Source: a virus
Lineage: Duplodnaviria; Caudoviricetes
IMG/VR virus record: IMGVR_UViG_3300005057_000001
Location: 1-50,244 of that record
Reading direction: 5' to 3' (one strand)
DNA: 50,244 bases
The number at the start of each line of letters is the position of its first letter. The stretch's first letter is position 1. Of the stretch, positions 38,901 to 47,422 are shown piece after piece. Position numbers and translations under genes: made by a program. Under the pieces are notes generated by a model. The model did no database searches and was not told the origin of the DNA. It saw only the letters and a list, made by a program, of their open reading frames with translations.

Positions 38901-41510
38901 ATTAGTAGTAGTATTGAAAGCTGTAATTTCTCTTTCTTCTCCAGTTTCTATAATTTGTAATACACAGCCAACAACTTCTGCTGTATTAGTAACTGAAGCG
39001 ACCGCTGAAATATCTGAAAAATCAAATACAGTTGCAGGAGTTAAGTTAATATTACTTGGAGTATCACTTCCACTATAACTTAGATTATTAATTGTGACTT
39101 TATTTGTGCTAGTATTTAAAAGAGGCTGTCTTGTGCTAGTTTCAAGATCAGCAAAATCTCCTGTTATACCAGACCCTGAAAATTGAACTGTTGCACGACT
39201 GTTTTGACCTGTGCTAGCAATGTTTGGATAAAATGCTTGAAGTTTACTTTCATTAGTATTATCTAGTGTAAATTCAAGTCTATTGTTTACAACTGCTATT
39301 GATGAAGCGCTGATTGTATTATCTGAAGCAACGGCTGACCAGTTAGCTGATTCTACAAGATTGTTGTTGTAAGTAATCATGTGCCAGTAGTTACTTCCAG
39401 ACTTTAATCTTACATATTTTTTGGTAGGCACTCCGTCTACGTAACTTAAATCTGGAATATTATTCAATCTAAATCTATAATGAGAAGTCCCTCTTGCTGT
39501 CTCAAAGTTATACTTATCAAGAATTCTAAATGTTCCGCTAAGAGCTGTCCAGGAGCTACCATTAGAAGAAACTTCTACTGTAACTGAGTCTCCTTCTTTA
39601 AAGTTTACATGATTGTCAGATGCGCCTAATACTGCATCAGGTACAAAAGTGCCATCATAATTATAGTTTTCTAAAACTTTTCCTTTTACTACATATTCTA
39701 CTTCTGGTACTGTTGTTGTGTCTGCATCAATTGTAAATTTTACTACTGCATAGGAAGTATCAAGTAACCTATGGTCTGGCCCCCAGTATCTTTCTGTACC
39801 AGTATAGTAATCGTTTTGTCTCTTGAATCCATTATTGGCGGCTTTAGTAACAAGCATATTATCTGCAGCTTGATTAGATCTACCGGAATGAAATCCTAGT
39901 CTCATATCATAAGGGTGAGATATTTGTGCGTATTCATTATGTTGAATACCTAAAGCATTGTCATCAGCTACAATTGCGTTAGTAGGCTCTGTAACTGCTT
40001 CATAACTATTTTCCATGCAAACTGCATAAGCTTCATAAGCCGCTTCACTAGCAGGGCCTCTTGCATCTGCTATTCTTTCTAAAATGTCTTCGCAGTCGTC
40101 CATATTGGTAGTAGTACCAGAGTTTTGTTGTCCTCCAAGAGTAGCTCCCTGATCCATTCTACCATAACATTGCAATGCTTGAGAGTCTGAGTTTGCTGCC
40201 CCAGTACTTCTTACATCAAAATCTGACTTATCTACACAAATAAGAGGAGAACCATCAATATATAAATTATAGAGTCCATGGTTTTCTCCTTCAGAAATAG
40301 CGTATGCCACATAAACTTCTTTTGCATTATCATTTGAAGTATCTGCAAAAATAGGTACACCTGGTACTCTATTTACACCATACAACACAGGTAAGTACTT
40401 TCCTGAAAGGAAAACACTTAAATCTACATCGTGATCTGTAATATGCTCGTAAGGTTGTTCTTTTACTTTCGACTTAAACCATTTCTTTTTAGTTTTATAT
40501 TTATATCTTGTTTCAGAAGTTTGATATGTAGCAATAGTATTCAAAGATGTTTCTGCATGTAAGAATCCTAAATCTCTTGAATATTCAGGTTTTAAAGCAG
40601 CTTGTCTATTAGATCGTCCCATAGAGTCTAATGCTCTATGAATCTCATCAGTAGTAATTCTTCCTGCTACTTGTTCAAAATCTCCCCAGTGACTTGTTAA
40701 GTTCCATTGAACTTTTGAAGACTTGGCAGCTTCCTGAATATTAGTAGAAGAAATTATACCTTTAAATACAAGTACTCTATCTGTAGCTTCTGTTCCACCT
40801 CCTACAAAAGAAGAAGGATCATCTGCATCAAAAAATACTTTGTAAATAAATACTTCTCTATTTAAGAAACTTGGAGTAGAGCCTCCACTATTATTTAGTG
40901 GCCCTTTTATTTCGGCTGAAGCTAAACTTAATTTTAGATTAGAGTTTGATAAAGTTACAAAAGCGCTATCATCAGAATCTGTTCCTGTTCTTTCAAATGT
41001 AAAAGTTCTGTTTTCATTTGAGAACGCTTTGATAATAAAAATCTTTGAGGAGTCACCATCAGAAAAGTTTGTTCCATTTGCTTTTTCTACTTTTACTGCA
41101 TCTCCTTCAATGAATCCTGCTTCGACAAAGTCAATAACATGACCGTCTACATTTGTGCTAGTATTTCCTGTAAGTGTTCCAACTGAGCCAGAGGAACTTA
41201 GTGCAGCATTTACAGTATAAGTTAAACCAACAGGCTCACTAGAAAAAGTTAAACTCATGTTTGTTGCACGAGCTTCTGTGGTTTCTGCATACCCTCCAAC
41301 AGTCAGTAATCTGTTTGCTACATAAGTAACTCCATGATATTCAACATCTCTTGCTCCATCAGTTAAGTAGACGTAACGTTTTTCATTACTACGAAAAACT
41401 CCGTCTTTTGGGTCAAAAGGTCTTTCAAATTTTACTAGATGTGCATATTCAAACGGCTCGTTAGATACAAGCAGTTTTTCAATATTTGTTGGAATACTTC
41501 TTTTTGCCAT
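29973..41510 (-). CDS. Giant baseplate hub (pb3-like) fused to a central fibre with C-terminal S74 chaperone
   Basis: 3845 aa directly after Dit; hub-type motifs (LTSHWGDF, LPVLYG, AISEG, NPA.Q..D.L....YGKGL, FN3-like YYWIRH); ends YYSSDYRLK...GVIAQEV...coiled coil. Confidence 0.85.
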   Translation of the reverse strand: MAKRSIPTNIEKLLVSNEPFEYAHLVKFERPFDPKDGVFRSNEKRYVYLTDGARDVEYHGVTYVANRLLTVGGYAETTEARATNMSLTFSSEPVGLTYTVNAALSSSGSVGTLTGNTSTNVDGHVIDFVEAGFIEGDAVKVEKANGTNFSDGDSSKIFIIKAFSNENRTFTFERTGTDSDDSAFVTLSNSNLKLSLASAEIKGPLNNSGGSTPSFLNREVFIYKVFFDADDPSSFVGGGTEATDRVLVFKGIISSTNIQEAAKSSKVQWNLTSHWGDFEQVAGRITTDEIHRALDSMGRSNRQAALKPEYSRDLGFLHAETSLNTIATYQTSETRYKYKTKKKWFKSKVKEQPYEHITDHDVDLSVFLSGKYLPVLYGVNRVPGVPIFADTSNDNAKEVYVAYAISEGENHGLYNLYIDGSPLICVDKSDFDVRSTGAANSDSQALQCYGRMDQGATLGGQQNSGTTTNMDDCEDILERIADARGPASEAAYEAYAVCMENSYEAVTEPTNAIVADDNALGIQHNEYAQISHPYDMRLGFHSGRSNQAADNMLVTKAANNGFKRQNDYYTGTERYWGPDHRLLDTSYAVVKFTIDADTTTVPEVEYVVKGKVLENYNYDGTFVPDAVLGASDNHVNFKEGDSVTVEVSSNGSSWTALSGTFRILDKYNFETARGTSHYRFRLNNIPDLSYVDGVPTKKYVRLKSGSNYWHMITYNNNLVESANWSAVASDNTISASSIAVVNNRLEFTLDNTNESKLQAFYPNIASTGQNSRATVQFSGSGITGDFADLETSTRQPLLNTSTNKVTINNLSYSGSDTPSNINLTPATVFDFSDISAVASVTNTAEVVGCVLQIIETGEEREITAFNTTTNFVTIESPFVNPPKTGYTFNIKGRGSDKRSSINPAIQTADILTSELYGKGLVMGDDIALNTVKTAALLCDTRSDVTLTTASGVTVKQGDIYKITKANGDHLASGRVVADVNNGTQIKFDEISGKFLRGYQNYINYNVGDIIYHTVSGTQRYYRVTSGGYKNTAPSHTSGTSNGLEYMSTPVLTKVSGNGASPTSITLTNNGTIPLYSLYDSDFVKYWRYLGWEENRQWCVTRHQANGMMDTAKSVFSNLNGLLSQYNGILSYSNGKYELSVETNETAPVSTNTFDSTTYDWNVNPEFIEESDIIGTINLNDNSQKNSKNTIKGSIFDPQNNFQSRSITFYNSDFLKADRNVIKTGNMTLPAITSYYNARMTIEKYLLQSRFSKEISFTIGQKGLLLKPGQVISLNYEPFGFAGKLFRVNNLNYQSNCTVSIKATEYDDSFYVITPQKASKAQQATLSQREGVSYPGVPALGNPTTTKPGIITLSWTNGTGFTEATDSTQIWRASSQGSSGNVTDHATLITTVDNTTSWADAVGEAGTFYYWIRHVRKIRRKSDNATQLIFKEEFSSAIDAGKQGVAKVPSPQLDVDVSSIQIKFNDSGALTPTGAAQDVKLTATLRNITADSNGVQFSIIDADQTSQTDVQFTNGSTTLDDTSAPYEATVDASSASNATTNKFVKATVTDTSGETFTQLVPISITKDGSSGSTGVAAAAIDLSPSTSVITYSANDPDSENPSTTINFTTTLQGNTGDATSAFSGTPYYEFIVDGTTKQNSTTSTFTLADADEPADQETVQVQVKARDGGTTGAIKATDSVTIFGIKSGSDAVTAFLTNTAHTVSAGTDGTLASGALTNAGGTFKVFVGSTDRTTSCNFSEVSGEETNGLTSSINASTGVYTISALTVDLAKNVFRATIPASISPTGVQMTIDQTYSIAKSRNGLVGSNGTDAKTVKLTSDKYAIAYNAAGSSPNPSSAFNLIASTQGFTDPYFKFTGDGITDETSFTDGNNSGAIDPSDTFSFTPPSSFFSTPKILKVEVVEAADTSTILASDSIAIYAVQPGAAGSDGDDAFTVICTNESHAIPADADGANPVMTGSGTTFQVFKGNTQLTGITSGTPSATQFKVTVNSDTNITAGSQSASSNNIVFADHSSLTADTADIIYTVNVANSQSVTKKQTFSRTNKGVKGDDGDQGDAGLKIAELELYYVVSSWTFGSNTTFPGAPTTGTYNFGTDTISSIPSGWSRTKESGVGKIYSISRALVTESSSGSGVSGTISWNTPTLSDSGFQDINYIFQYNNGQPSTPSGTSYPNLPSGWSDDIPSAVSGQQLYSSKGIAKMTGTYPNLQFNYTWGTPVLHVTDKADIALGNVDNESSATIRSGDITGTIGGVANATVTGGVGRANAAIDSNNRLVADIFDGSVTRTPAQMIDGRDRSVNAIDSSNRLVGSLYDGTITRTPGQMIDGRDRSVNAIDSSNRLVGSLYDGTITRTPGQMIDGRDRAVGGLDTSGNLTTGIKSGSTTFSAAEAINIRGGFDNLSTTPTLKVDNANSALKNASIGIDTSTGVISGIGTGTNSRVFNDVIGISMATSGTNQGRITIAGVGTSNTTVDVTKSNLGLQYDDGATVGAQAGVNFTDSGGNALGDEDVRNSDLDIDYSGTTVRIKKGTTLINSAAAPDALKNATIAINSSGVLTGIGTADVKVNNSKITTRADGTLNYDGTAAAAPTVDGITGTTNFQSRVETGLTASGVLDTSVPVNKGGTGETNTNKFLNSDLGLSFTETGVTLTKAGDTDSSASTPDTLKNATIAINSSGVLTGIGTANVKVNNSKITTKADGTLNYDGTAAATPDIASITDTGTTKSGASRANSGLDVSGNLTAGIKSGNTTFSAAEAINVRGAFDGITGTPTLKVANANTGLRNSGISIAADGSLSGAGGGQVTAGGLGAETLELVSGGTKTVTITGNKISMSGSGNNGWNTHVYSKDGYPAAQVSYTISQTNKYIMVGLNTDPTTNTSYSSIDYAWYTKADGTLSIYESGSQVSTHGSYSADDKFTITYDGSAIRYYHNGDLERTVTVRITNNLHMDSSFYQIDSSIEKVQFSAITSNYWSDQGGRPTELTDGRVSTGLDSGGRLITSIKSGTDIVSVADLKTTKTRTFSAIDSSNRLIGNIFDGTTAFTPTELLKVRASFDNIGTTPVIKTTNIPTIPLDKGGFGANTSTLFGNSAVLPRWTGSAFSTRAETDVLNTQIIDTNGNIKDSIGIALPGTTDVFSPTEFKNVRGSFENIGTAGSIKLAATKVPLNTTFLEVDSGNIKIKNDAIGGDQLNDNITYAGKITAGSGNNVAILDGANSTYRIYAGNATPTSAKFSVTQTGSVYAEEVFIGSTSGLAMGVSSGTNRFQVYTPSGTGTVLEVGGDSTSTYIPFKVKNDGSGEIRGFDIYTSGGTKLFDASTGFTDAAFTEIAEATGASVSSVSKTSSGDADNDSQKISLTSGQTITVKAQKSASFFGHGISYSSLAQARSTALAKIPNSVTIKVLHNTSNSRSGATQVGGTLSFSEYSSGSQTSTQYRLTESFETEPGFYWAEAELNRGDYANANMSQTFSASGSVGAGTAEFTSDGNFTLEFTHTISSGDNYYWIEIGGSGSSGNGTVGDVTDDSAVRTLTLTAASGSTFNVSNGDGNESSDDVNNATITLSAGDGLSNGGDFTTNQGVAETITFDVDSTVIRTTGNQTLGGTKTFSSDVSFSGGIDVDGIIDNTYNNGNVSPPSTSNHTAGTRIKFYDSSATAFYAIGIESNHLWYNSDQGFKWYEDAVERMTLSTGGNLSVDGSISTGSFTLPNSSGTAGQVLKWPSSGSTLVWSNDTSGSGGGLPSGMTYSSSILDVTGTIRATADVVAYYSSDYRLKDNVKQIENAMDKVSQIRGVEFDWNDKQVVHEGRDIGVIAQEVEKVAPEIVATRDNGYKAVNYQKLTALLIEAVKELQEEIKELKKDKST
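33405..33905 (-). repeat. Two ~130-bp direct repeats, 366 bp apart
   Basis: LKNATIAINSSGVLTGIGTA.VKVNNSKITT.ADGTLNYDGTAAA occurs twice; TCATAGTTTAAAGT at 33421 and 33787. Confidence 0.9.
34436..34730 (-). repeat. 99-bp (33-aa) tandem repeat, about 3 copies
   Basis: CCATCAATCATTTG at 34447, 34546, 34645; unit RTPGQMIDGRDRSVNAIDSSNRLVGSLYDGTIT. Confidence 0.95.
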
Positions 41511-42223
41511 TATACTTGTGCTTCCTCAAGGTTTAAACTGAATGTGTATAGATTATTTGTTCCTATGCTATACTCTTGAACATCTGCTGCTTGCACTACT
41601 CTAATGAGTGGTGTAGCATAAGATAAAGTTGAACTAGAATTTACTGATTTTGCCAAAGGTGGTACAATGTAAAGTCTTCTTTCCGTTGTAGTGTTCAAGG
41701 CAGAATCAGAACTTAATTTGTTTGTGCTATCATTTACTCTTACGATTTGATAGGCTTTCTTGTGATTTGAGTTTCCAGAATCTGTAATAGTGAAAATATC
41801 TCCTGGCTTTAGATTTGCATTTGCGTCACTACTTACAGTACACAATATATTATCTGTTCCAGCAGATAAATTTGATTGAACTGTATATGTTGCAGATGTT
41901 GTACTTCTTGGAGTATGTTGCGGTAAAGTCACGAAGAAAGGTTTTAGCCTGCCACGCTTTTCTAATAAAAAATTGTATACAGGCTCAAACTGCTCACGAG
42001 TCATTGGATTATATGTAATATTAATTTTCCACCTTTGCCCTACTATTGCTCGAGATATCACTCTCCCACTATTTGTTCTTGATATAGAAGTTGGTTGCTC
42101 ACTAGTGAACTTTACTGTGGCAAAACCTGGCCCAGCATTATAATTACTTGCATGCCCTTCTCCTGAATCGTGTATCGTCCAGTTCGGGTCAGGTAATCTG
42201 TCTGTAAAATTACTAAATGCCAT
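41510..42223 (-). CDS. pb9: Distal tail protein (T5 pb9-like)
   Basis: RLPDP, GPGF..V, W.I.I.Y.PM, F.V.LPQ; between TMP and hub. Confidence 0.85.
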   Translation of the reverse strand: MAFSNFTDRLPDPNWTIHDSGEGHASNYNAGPGFATVKFTSEQPTSISRTNSGRVISRAIVGQRWKINITYNPMTREQFEPVYNFLLEKRGRLKPFFVTLPQHTPRSTTSATYTVQSNLSAGTDNILCTVSSDANANLKPGDIFTITDSGNSNHKKAYQIVRVNDSTNKLSSDSALNTTTERRLYIVPPLAKSVNSSSTLSYATPLIRVVQAADVQEYSIGTNNLYTFSLNLEEAQV

Positions 42224-45200
42224 TAGCTACTACTCCCATATGCTTGTGTGTCTATTTCTTCTAGGAACATTGTTCCATTTTCATTTGCAGCTTCTCTAAT
42301 CATTCTTATAATGTTTCCTCTTTGATTCATAAGTACATCTTCAACGCCTGCTGCATCTACTGCGTTGATTGTAAAGTTTACGTTTTGCGCTCCGCCACCT
42401 AGTGCGAAGTTTGGTGTAATGTCTACAGGTGCTGCAGGAGTAATTACCTCTGGTCCTCTTTCTCCTACTATGATTCCGTCTCCGCCATTTGCGTATCCTT
42501 TTCTACCCATAGCACCACCTTGGAAAGAGCCTCCAGCTCCTCCTAAGTTTTGTCCTGTTGTTGCTCCACCTCTTAAATAGTTAAGCTCCCCACCTGTTGC
42601 TCCTTTTGATACATCTACAGCGTTGCTTCTTTTTCCTACACTGAGTGCTGTTTGTGGAGCAGGAGTCTCTTGCGCCCCACCTTGGAATTGTTGTTTTCTA
42701 ATAGCAGATATTTGCATAGCTGTCATAGCTGTTGCCATGATACCCATCGCAATACCTACTGGGAAGAAAGGTTGAGTAGCAAAACCACTTTGTATAGCAG
42801 ACATACCGTTTACTACTGCTTGAGCTAACTGAATCTTCTTATTTTGTTCAAAGGCTTTTCTTTGAATCATTTCTTTCTTCTTCTCCATAGCCTTAATTTT
42901 GTTTATGGATTCAGCTGACTTTCCGTCTCTATTCTTTTCTGCTTGTATTTGTTGGTCAATCTCTGCTACTTGCGCTCTTGAGTTTGCAGCCATAATATCT
43001 CCAATGGCTCCAATACTTGAAGAAGCAAACTCAGCTACTGCAGCAAACTTCTCTGTTCCGCTAGTGCTTTCATCAAGAACAGTTTTCATGCTCTTGAATC
43101 CGTCGCCAATAGTTACAATACCATTAAGTAATGCAGCACTTGCTTCGCCTTCTGGCCCTAACTTACTCAATTGAGAAGCGTACAACTTCATAGATCCTGT
43201 AATTTTTAAGTAAGCAGCGTCTAACGTCCCTAAAGCTTCAATCTTTGCGTCTAATGCTAAAATTTCTGGGTCATCAAGTTTTGCACCTTGATTTAATAGT
43301 TTGCCTCTTTCTGTTTCAGCTTTTTCAATTTCTTTTTCTTTATTGAAAGTAGAAAGCTTAGCCATTGTTTGTGCTATACCACCAGCACCGCCACCTCTGC
43401 CACCAATAAGACCTTCTCTTACTGTGTCTGCAAAAGAGTATCCTGCAACTTGAAGTGCAGTGTTTAAACCTTTATTTAACTCTCCAATAATTCCGCTATT
43501 TTGATCTCCTATAGTAGCAATCAAAGCGTTATACTGCGCAGCTTTTGAAGCGTCTTCTTTAGCTAGTACATCGAGTCTTATTTTTAAAATTTCAAGGTCT
43601 ACTACTTGAAGCTGAGTTTTAAGTGCAGCTTCTTTTACTGCCATGTTAAAAGTTGCTTCTGCAGTTTCTAATGCTTGTTTTTGAGTTAGAATTTCATTTT
43701 GTCCTAGTCCTCCAGCAGAAAGCTTTTGCTTTAATGTAATTAGTTTTTGTTCTTGTGTAAATAGTTCTTTTGCTATTGCAAGAGTTTTTTGCTGTGCTTT
43801 TAGATTTTCTTTTACTACTCCAAACGCGCCTTCGTTTTCATCATTTAATCTTTCTTGGATAGTTAGCTCTACTTGTTTTTGTCGTACTGCTTCATCACTG
43901 TTTTGTAGAGCAAGTTTTTGAGTTTCTGTTAAACTTTGAAACTTAGTTTTTAAAGCCTCTGTTAGTTCATTTTCTTTTGTTTTGCCCCTTATAACATTAA
44001 GTATAGTAGCTAAATTTTCTCCTTCTAGTCCTACTGTTCTTGCAAGTGCTTTTTGATTTGTTACTGCAATGTCTTTGTTCTCTGTTGCAATATCAACAAC
44101 TTTTTGTTGAATAGACGCGCCTGCTTGTGCTCCTAATGCAGAAGCGCTTTGTAAAGTTTTTAACTGTTTTCCTAAGTTTTCAAGTTCAAGCTTAGACGTA
44201 ATAATATCATCTTGAAACTGTTTAAACTCTTCTTCTAAACTCTTGAACAAGGCATCGGCTGCTTCCTGGGGAGTTTCGAAACCATCAGTTAGCTCACCTT
44301 TTGCAATATTTGCAATCTTTGACATTTCTTCTGGGCTAAATAATTTTGAAAACTCTTGCTGTCCGAATTTCTCTAAGAAATCATTTGCAGTTTCTGCGTT
44401 TAAAGATGTTACGCCACTTCCTAAATCATCAAATAAGCCCATGTAACTTCCACGTATAGACTCTATACTTCCTACTACTTCGTCAACTTTTGTACTAACT
44501 AAGAAGGATTGTTGTAGTTTTCCTATGGCTTCTCCAGCCCCATCTAAAGCACCTTGAAAACTAACTAGTCTTATTTCTTGTTCTTTTAATATTGCGTCAA
44601 AAGTTTTACCTGCAGTTGCAGCGTCCTCTGTTTTTACCTCAAAATTTAACAAAGATGCAGTATTCTCTTGTAAAGCATTCTTAGAGTTAAAAAGCTCTAA
44701 AACCATTCTTTTTTGTTCGTCTGTAAAGTCTTGCATGCCATAGTGAGTTGCATCAAAGTTCTTGCTTAATACACTAAATTGATTAAACAACTTACTTACG
44801 CTTAGCTTTGATAAGTCGCTATCTTGTTGTACTGCTTTTTGTGCTGTGCTATATCTTTTAGATGCTTCTTCTGCTCCTGTAAAAGCAGCGATAGTTTGTT
44901 CTCCAACATTTGCATCTTGTAATAAAACTTTAGCTAAGTCTGTTTTGCCGGCATCAATTTGTGCTTGTACCAACTCTTTAAAAGCCGCACTAGTTGCTTC
45001 AATTGCATTATTTTCTGCTCCGCCTCCAAAAGCAGCTAATACAGCTTGCCATGCATTTTGTAAGCCATTTGAAGCAGTTTTAAATTCTTTTAATTCTTTA
45101 TTTATTTTTACTATCTGTCCAATTACTTCTCGAGATTGTTTTGTAAATGCAATATTTGCCTGAAGAATGGTACCAAATCCAGAATCTCCTCCCAAGTTGT

Positions 45201-47028
45201 TCATTATTTCAATCTGTTTTGAGAATCTTTCATTTAATTTTTCTGTGATCGCATTGGTATCTTCAATAGTACTATTCAAAGCTTTTAATTCTTTCTGTCC
45301 TGTTGCGAACTTAGCAAAGAGTGCGGCGGATACAGCTACTATTGCTCCTATTACAACTGCATAAGGCATTAAACTAGCCATCAAGCCCTGTAAACCAGTT
45401 GCAAGAATACCTACTGTACCATTTAACTTAAACATTCCAAGTCTAAATGCTTTGGTCATTTTACTATTTGTGTTTAGCTTTTCTTTTAATTTGTCCGACT
45501 CAGTTCCTAAAACTTTGAAGGCTTCCCCTACGCCTGCAGTTTCTGCAGTACCAATGGTTGTCGCAAGAGCTCCTGTAACCAAAGCTTTATCTGCAAGAGA
45601 AGCTTCTCTTCTTCCAGCAACACTTTGAGGATCTACACCTCTTTTTCCGCTTTTTACATCTCGTATTTCTTTTTCGGTTTGTAAAATCTTTTCAAGAGCA
45701 GCCTCTTCTTTGGCTAATAGTTTTAACTCTTTGTCAATTATTTTTACAGTTTTTTCTTTAGATTTTTCTCTAGCAGCTTCTAATACTTTTATCTGTTCTT
45801 GAACAGCTTTCTGTCTTTTAGAAGTGGTTAATCCTTTTTCATTTAATCTTGCTCTAGCATCAGCAGCTGCTTTAGCACGAGACCTAAACTTTGGTCCAGA
45901 TTGTGTTGCCTCTTCTGCTGATCTAGCAATAGCTTTGTTTGTTTTCTGCTCGTTTCTTAGTCTCTTTAAGTTAGCATCAATTTGTGCGTTTGCTTTTTGT
46001 CTAACTGCTTTAGAGTACGCCTGAGCATCAGCAAGAGCTTGGTTAGCTGTTTCTGCTGATTGTGAAGTGAATTGTCCCAGAGCTGGGATAGCTTGTTTTA
46101 ATAATGAGCCTGCAAGAGCAACGAATACAATACTTAATACTCCTCTACTTTCTGCAAGGAAAGATACAAGAGGCCCTAAGGCAGAGTTTAAGAAACTCGT
46201 TAAGTCTTGTGCGATATCTTTTAACGCAGCAGCCAACTTAGTAAATGCATCAGGTTCAACTGCATCTGCGTACTCATCAAACTTTTTAGTACCTTGTTCT
46301 AGAATTGCATTTAAGAACGCCTGTCTTTTATCTACCTGAGAAAGAGAACTTACAGTTCTACCTAACTGTTGTGCATAGTTTCTAGATGCTTCATCTACTC
46401 TTACGAACAAACCAATTTCGTCAAGAATTTCAGGTTCTAGTTTGATGGCACCACGGAAGATTCTATCCAAAGCATCTGGTAAGTCTCTACCGAGAGAAAT
46501 AGCGGCTCCTCTTGCAACTCTTGTTAACCCTTCAATTTCTGCAGTATTTAGCCCAGCACTCGATGCTAGTGATACCTGCCTAAAAGAAGAAGCTAAGTCA
46601 ATTGCTCCTCCGGACGCCGCAACTATTTTCTTTGATAGAATATCAATACTGGTTCCTCCTCTCGTAGAAAGGATTTCCATAGATGTTGTAAGTTGGTCGA
46701 TCTGAGCTGATCTTTGTAGAACGCCAAAAGCAGCTGTAAGTGCAAAGACGTTAGCAGCTAGTAAAGCGTAAGCACGAACAAGTCCACCGGAGCCATCGTT
46801 GCCTCCAATGTTCTGTTGCATTTTTGAGAAGTTCTTAGTTGAGTTGGAAGAAATACCTGCAGTACCTTTAATTTTTCTGCCGTACTTATCAACTTCTGTT
46901 CCAGCTTTTTTCGTACTTGTAGCAGTATCGTCCATGACCTTTTTGGTATTTTTCAGGTCTTTTTGGACAACTTGTATATTCTTGCCTTTTAATACAACTT
47001 CTAAATTTGCTATTACTTTATTTGCCAC
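42223..47028 (-). CDS. pb2: Tape measure protein (T5 pb2-like)
   Basis: 1601 aa helical Ala/Lys/Leu-rich; YALLAANVFAL..AF, K.EPE.LDE.G; hydrophobic segments; synteny. Confidence 0.92.
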   Translation of the reverse strand: MANKVIANLEVVLKGKNIQVVQKDLKNTKKVMDDTATSTKKAGTEVDKYGRKIKGTAGISSNSTKNFSKMQQNIGGNDGSGGLVRAYALLAANVFALTAAFGVLQRSAQIDQLTTSMEILSTRGGTSIDILSKKIVAASGGAIDLASSFRQVSLASSAGLNTAEIEGLTRVARGAAISLGRDLPDALDRIFRGAIKLEPEILDEIGLFVRVDEASRNYAQQLGRTVSSLSQVDKRQAFLNAILEQGTKKFDEYADAVEPDAFTKLAAALKDIAQDLTSFLNSALGPLVSFLAESRGVLSIVFVALAGSLLKQAIPALGQFTSQSAETANQALADAQAYSKAVRQKANAQIDANLKRLRNEQKTNKAIARSAEEATQSGPKFRSRAKAAADARARLNEKGLTTSKRQKAVQEQIKVLEAAREKSKEKTVKIIDKELKLLAKEEAALEKILQTEKEIRDVKSGKRGVDPQSVAGRREASLADKALVTGALATTIGTAETAGVGEAFKVLGTESDKLKEKLNTNSKMTKAFRLGMFKLNGTVGILATGLQGLMASLMPYAVVIGAIVAVSAALFAKFATGQKELKALNSTIEDTNAITEKLNERFSKQIEIMNNLGGDSGFGTILQANIAFTKQSREVIGQIVKINKELKEFKTASNGLQNAWQAVLAAFGGGAENNAIEATSAAFKELVQAQIDAGKTDLAKVLLQDANVGEQTIAAFTGAEEASKRYSTAQKAVQQDSDLSKLSVSKLFNQFSVLSKNFDATHYGMQDFTDEQKRMVLELFNSKNALQENTASLLNFEVKTEDAATAGKTFDAILKEQEIRLVSFQGALDGAGEAIGKLQQSFLVSTKVDEVVGSIESIRGSYMGLFDDLGSGVTSLNAETANDFLEKFGQQEFSKLFSPEEMSKIANIAKGELTDGFETPQEAADALFKSLEEEFKQFQDDIITSKLELENLGKQLKTLQSASALGAQAGASIQQKVVDIATENKDIAVTNQKALARTVGLEGENLATILNVIRGKTKENELTEALKTKFQSLTETQKLALQNSDEAVRQKQVELTIQERLNDENEGAFGVVKENLKAQQKTLAIAKELFTQEQKLITLKQKLSAGGLGQNEILTQKQALETAEATFNMAVKEAALKTQLQVVDLEILKIRLDVLAKEDASKAAQYNALIATIGDQNSGIIGELNKGLNTALQVAGYSFADTVREGLIGGRGGGAGGIAQTMAKLSTFNKEKEIEKAETERGKLLNQGAKLDDPEILALDAKIEALGTLDAAYLKITGSMKLYASQLSKLGPEGEASAALLNGIVTIGDGFKSMKTVLDESTSGTEKFAAVAEFASSSIGAIGDIMAANSRAQVAEIDQQIQAEKNRDGKSAESINKIKAMEKKKEMIQRKAFEQNKKIQLAQAVVNGMSAIQSGFATQPFFPVGIAMGIMATAMTAMQISAIRKQQFQGGAQETPAPQTALSVGKRSNAVDVSKGATGGELNYLRGGATTGQNLGGAGGSFQGGAMGRKGYANGGDGIIVGERGPEVITPAAPVDITPNFALGGGAQNVNFTINAVDAAGVEDVLMNQRGNIIRMIREAANENGTMFLEEIDTQAYGSSS

Positions 47029-47422
47029 GTTGTTTTAGTTTCTCATATTCAGCTTTTAGCTTTCTTTGAGAGTTCTCAATATCTCTCTGTTCCATAAATT
47101 GTACTATTTCAAATACATAATCTTCCTGGTGTTTGTCTACTCCTATGTGTTTTAGTATAAAGTCATAGTTAGTATAGTCTTTTCCAATAAATCCTATTTC
47201 AGGATACATTCTACTGCCTAAGCTATTATATACATTAATTCCTAAAAGTACTACTGGCGGAAAATCCTCCCAGTCAGGAGGACATTTTTCCCAGTCGGGA
47301 CTTTGTCCCATTTGTTCCATCATTTCCAAGTATTGATCCTTGGACATTCCTACATCTTTGTTATCCAGGAATGCTTTCAGTCTTTTTAGTAATCGGGCTT
47401 TGCTGTCTAGAACGAAAGTTTT
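47018..47422 (-). CDS. Tail assembly chaperone, C-terminal (T) part, probably expressed by frameshift
   Basis: Frame open from 47422, overlapping the end of the upstream chaperone; ATG 47347 has no properly spaced RBS; lies immediately before TMP. Confidence 0.7.
   Translation of the reverse strand, partial: KTFVLDSKARLLKRLKAFLDNKDVGMSKDQYLEMMEQMGQSPDWEKCPPDWEDFPPVVLLGINVYNSLGSRMYPEIGFIGKDYTNYDFILKHIGVDKHQEDYVFEIVQFMEQRDIENSQRKLKAEYEKLKQRGK

Noticed and set aside
18827-47038. Many + strand ORFs of 60-225 aa opposite the tail genes (e.g. 24002-24511, 25343-25906, 28064-28741, 32041-32631)
   Set aside because: Antisense shadows of biased codon usage in long Gly/Ser/Thr/Ala-rich genes; Pro/Val/Leu-rich, no RBS or motifs.
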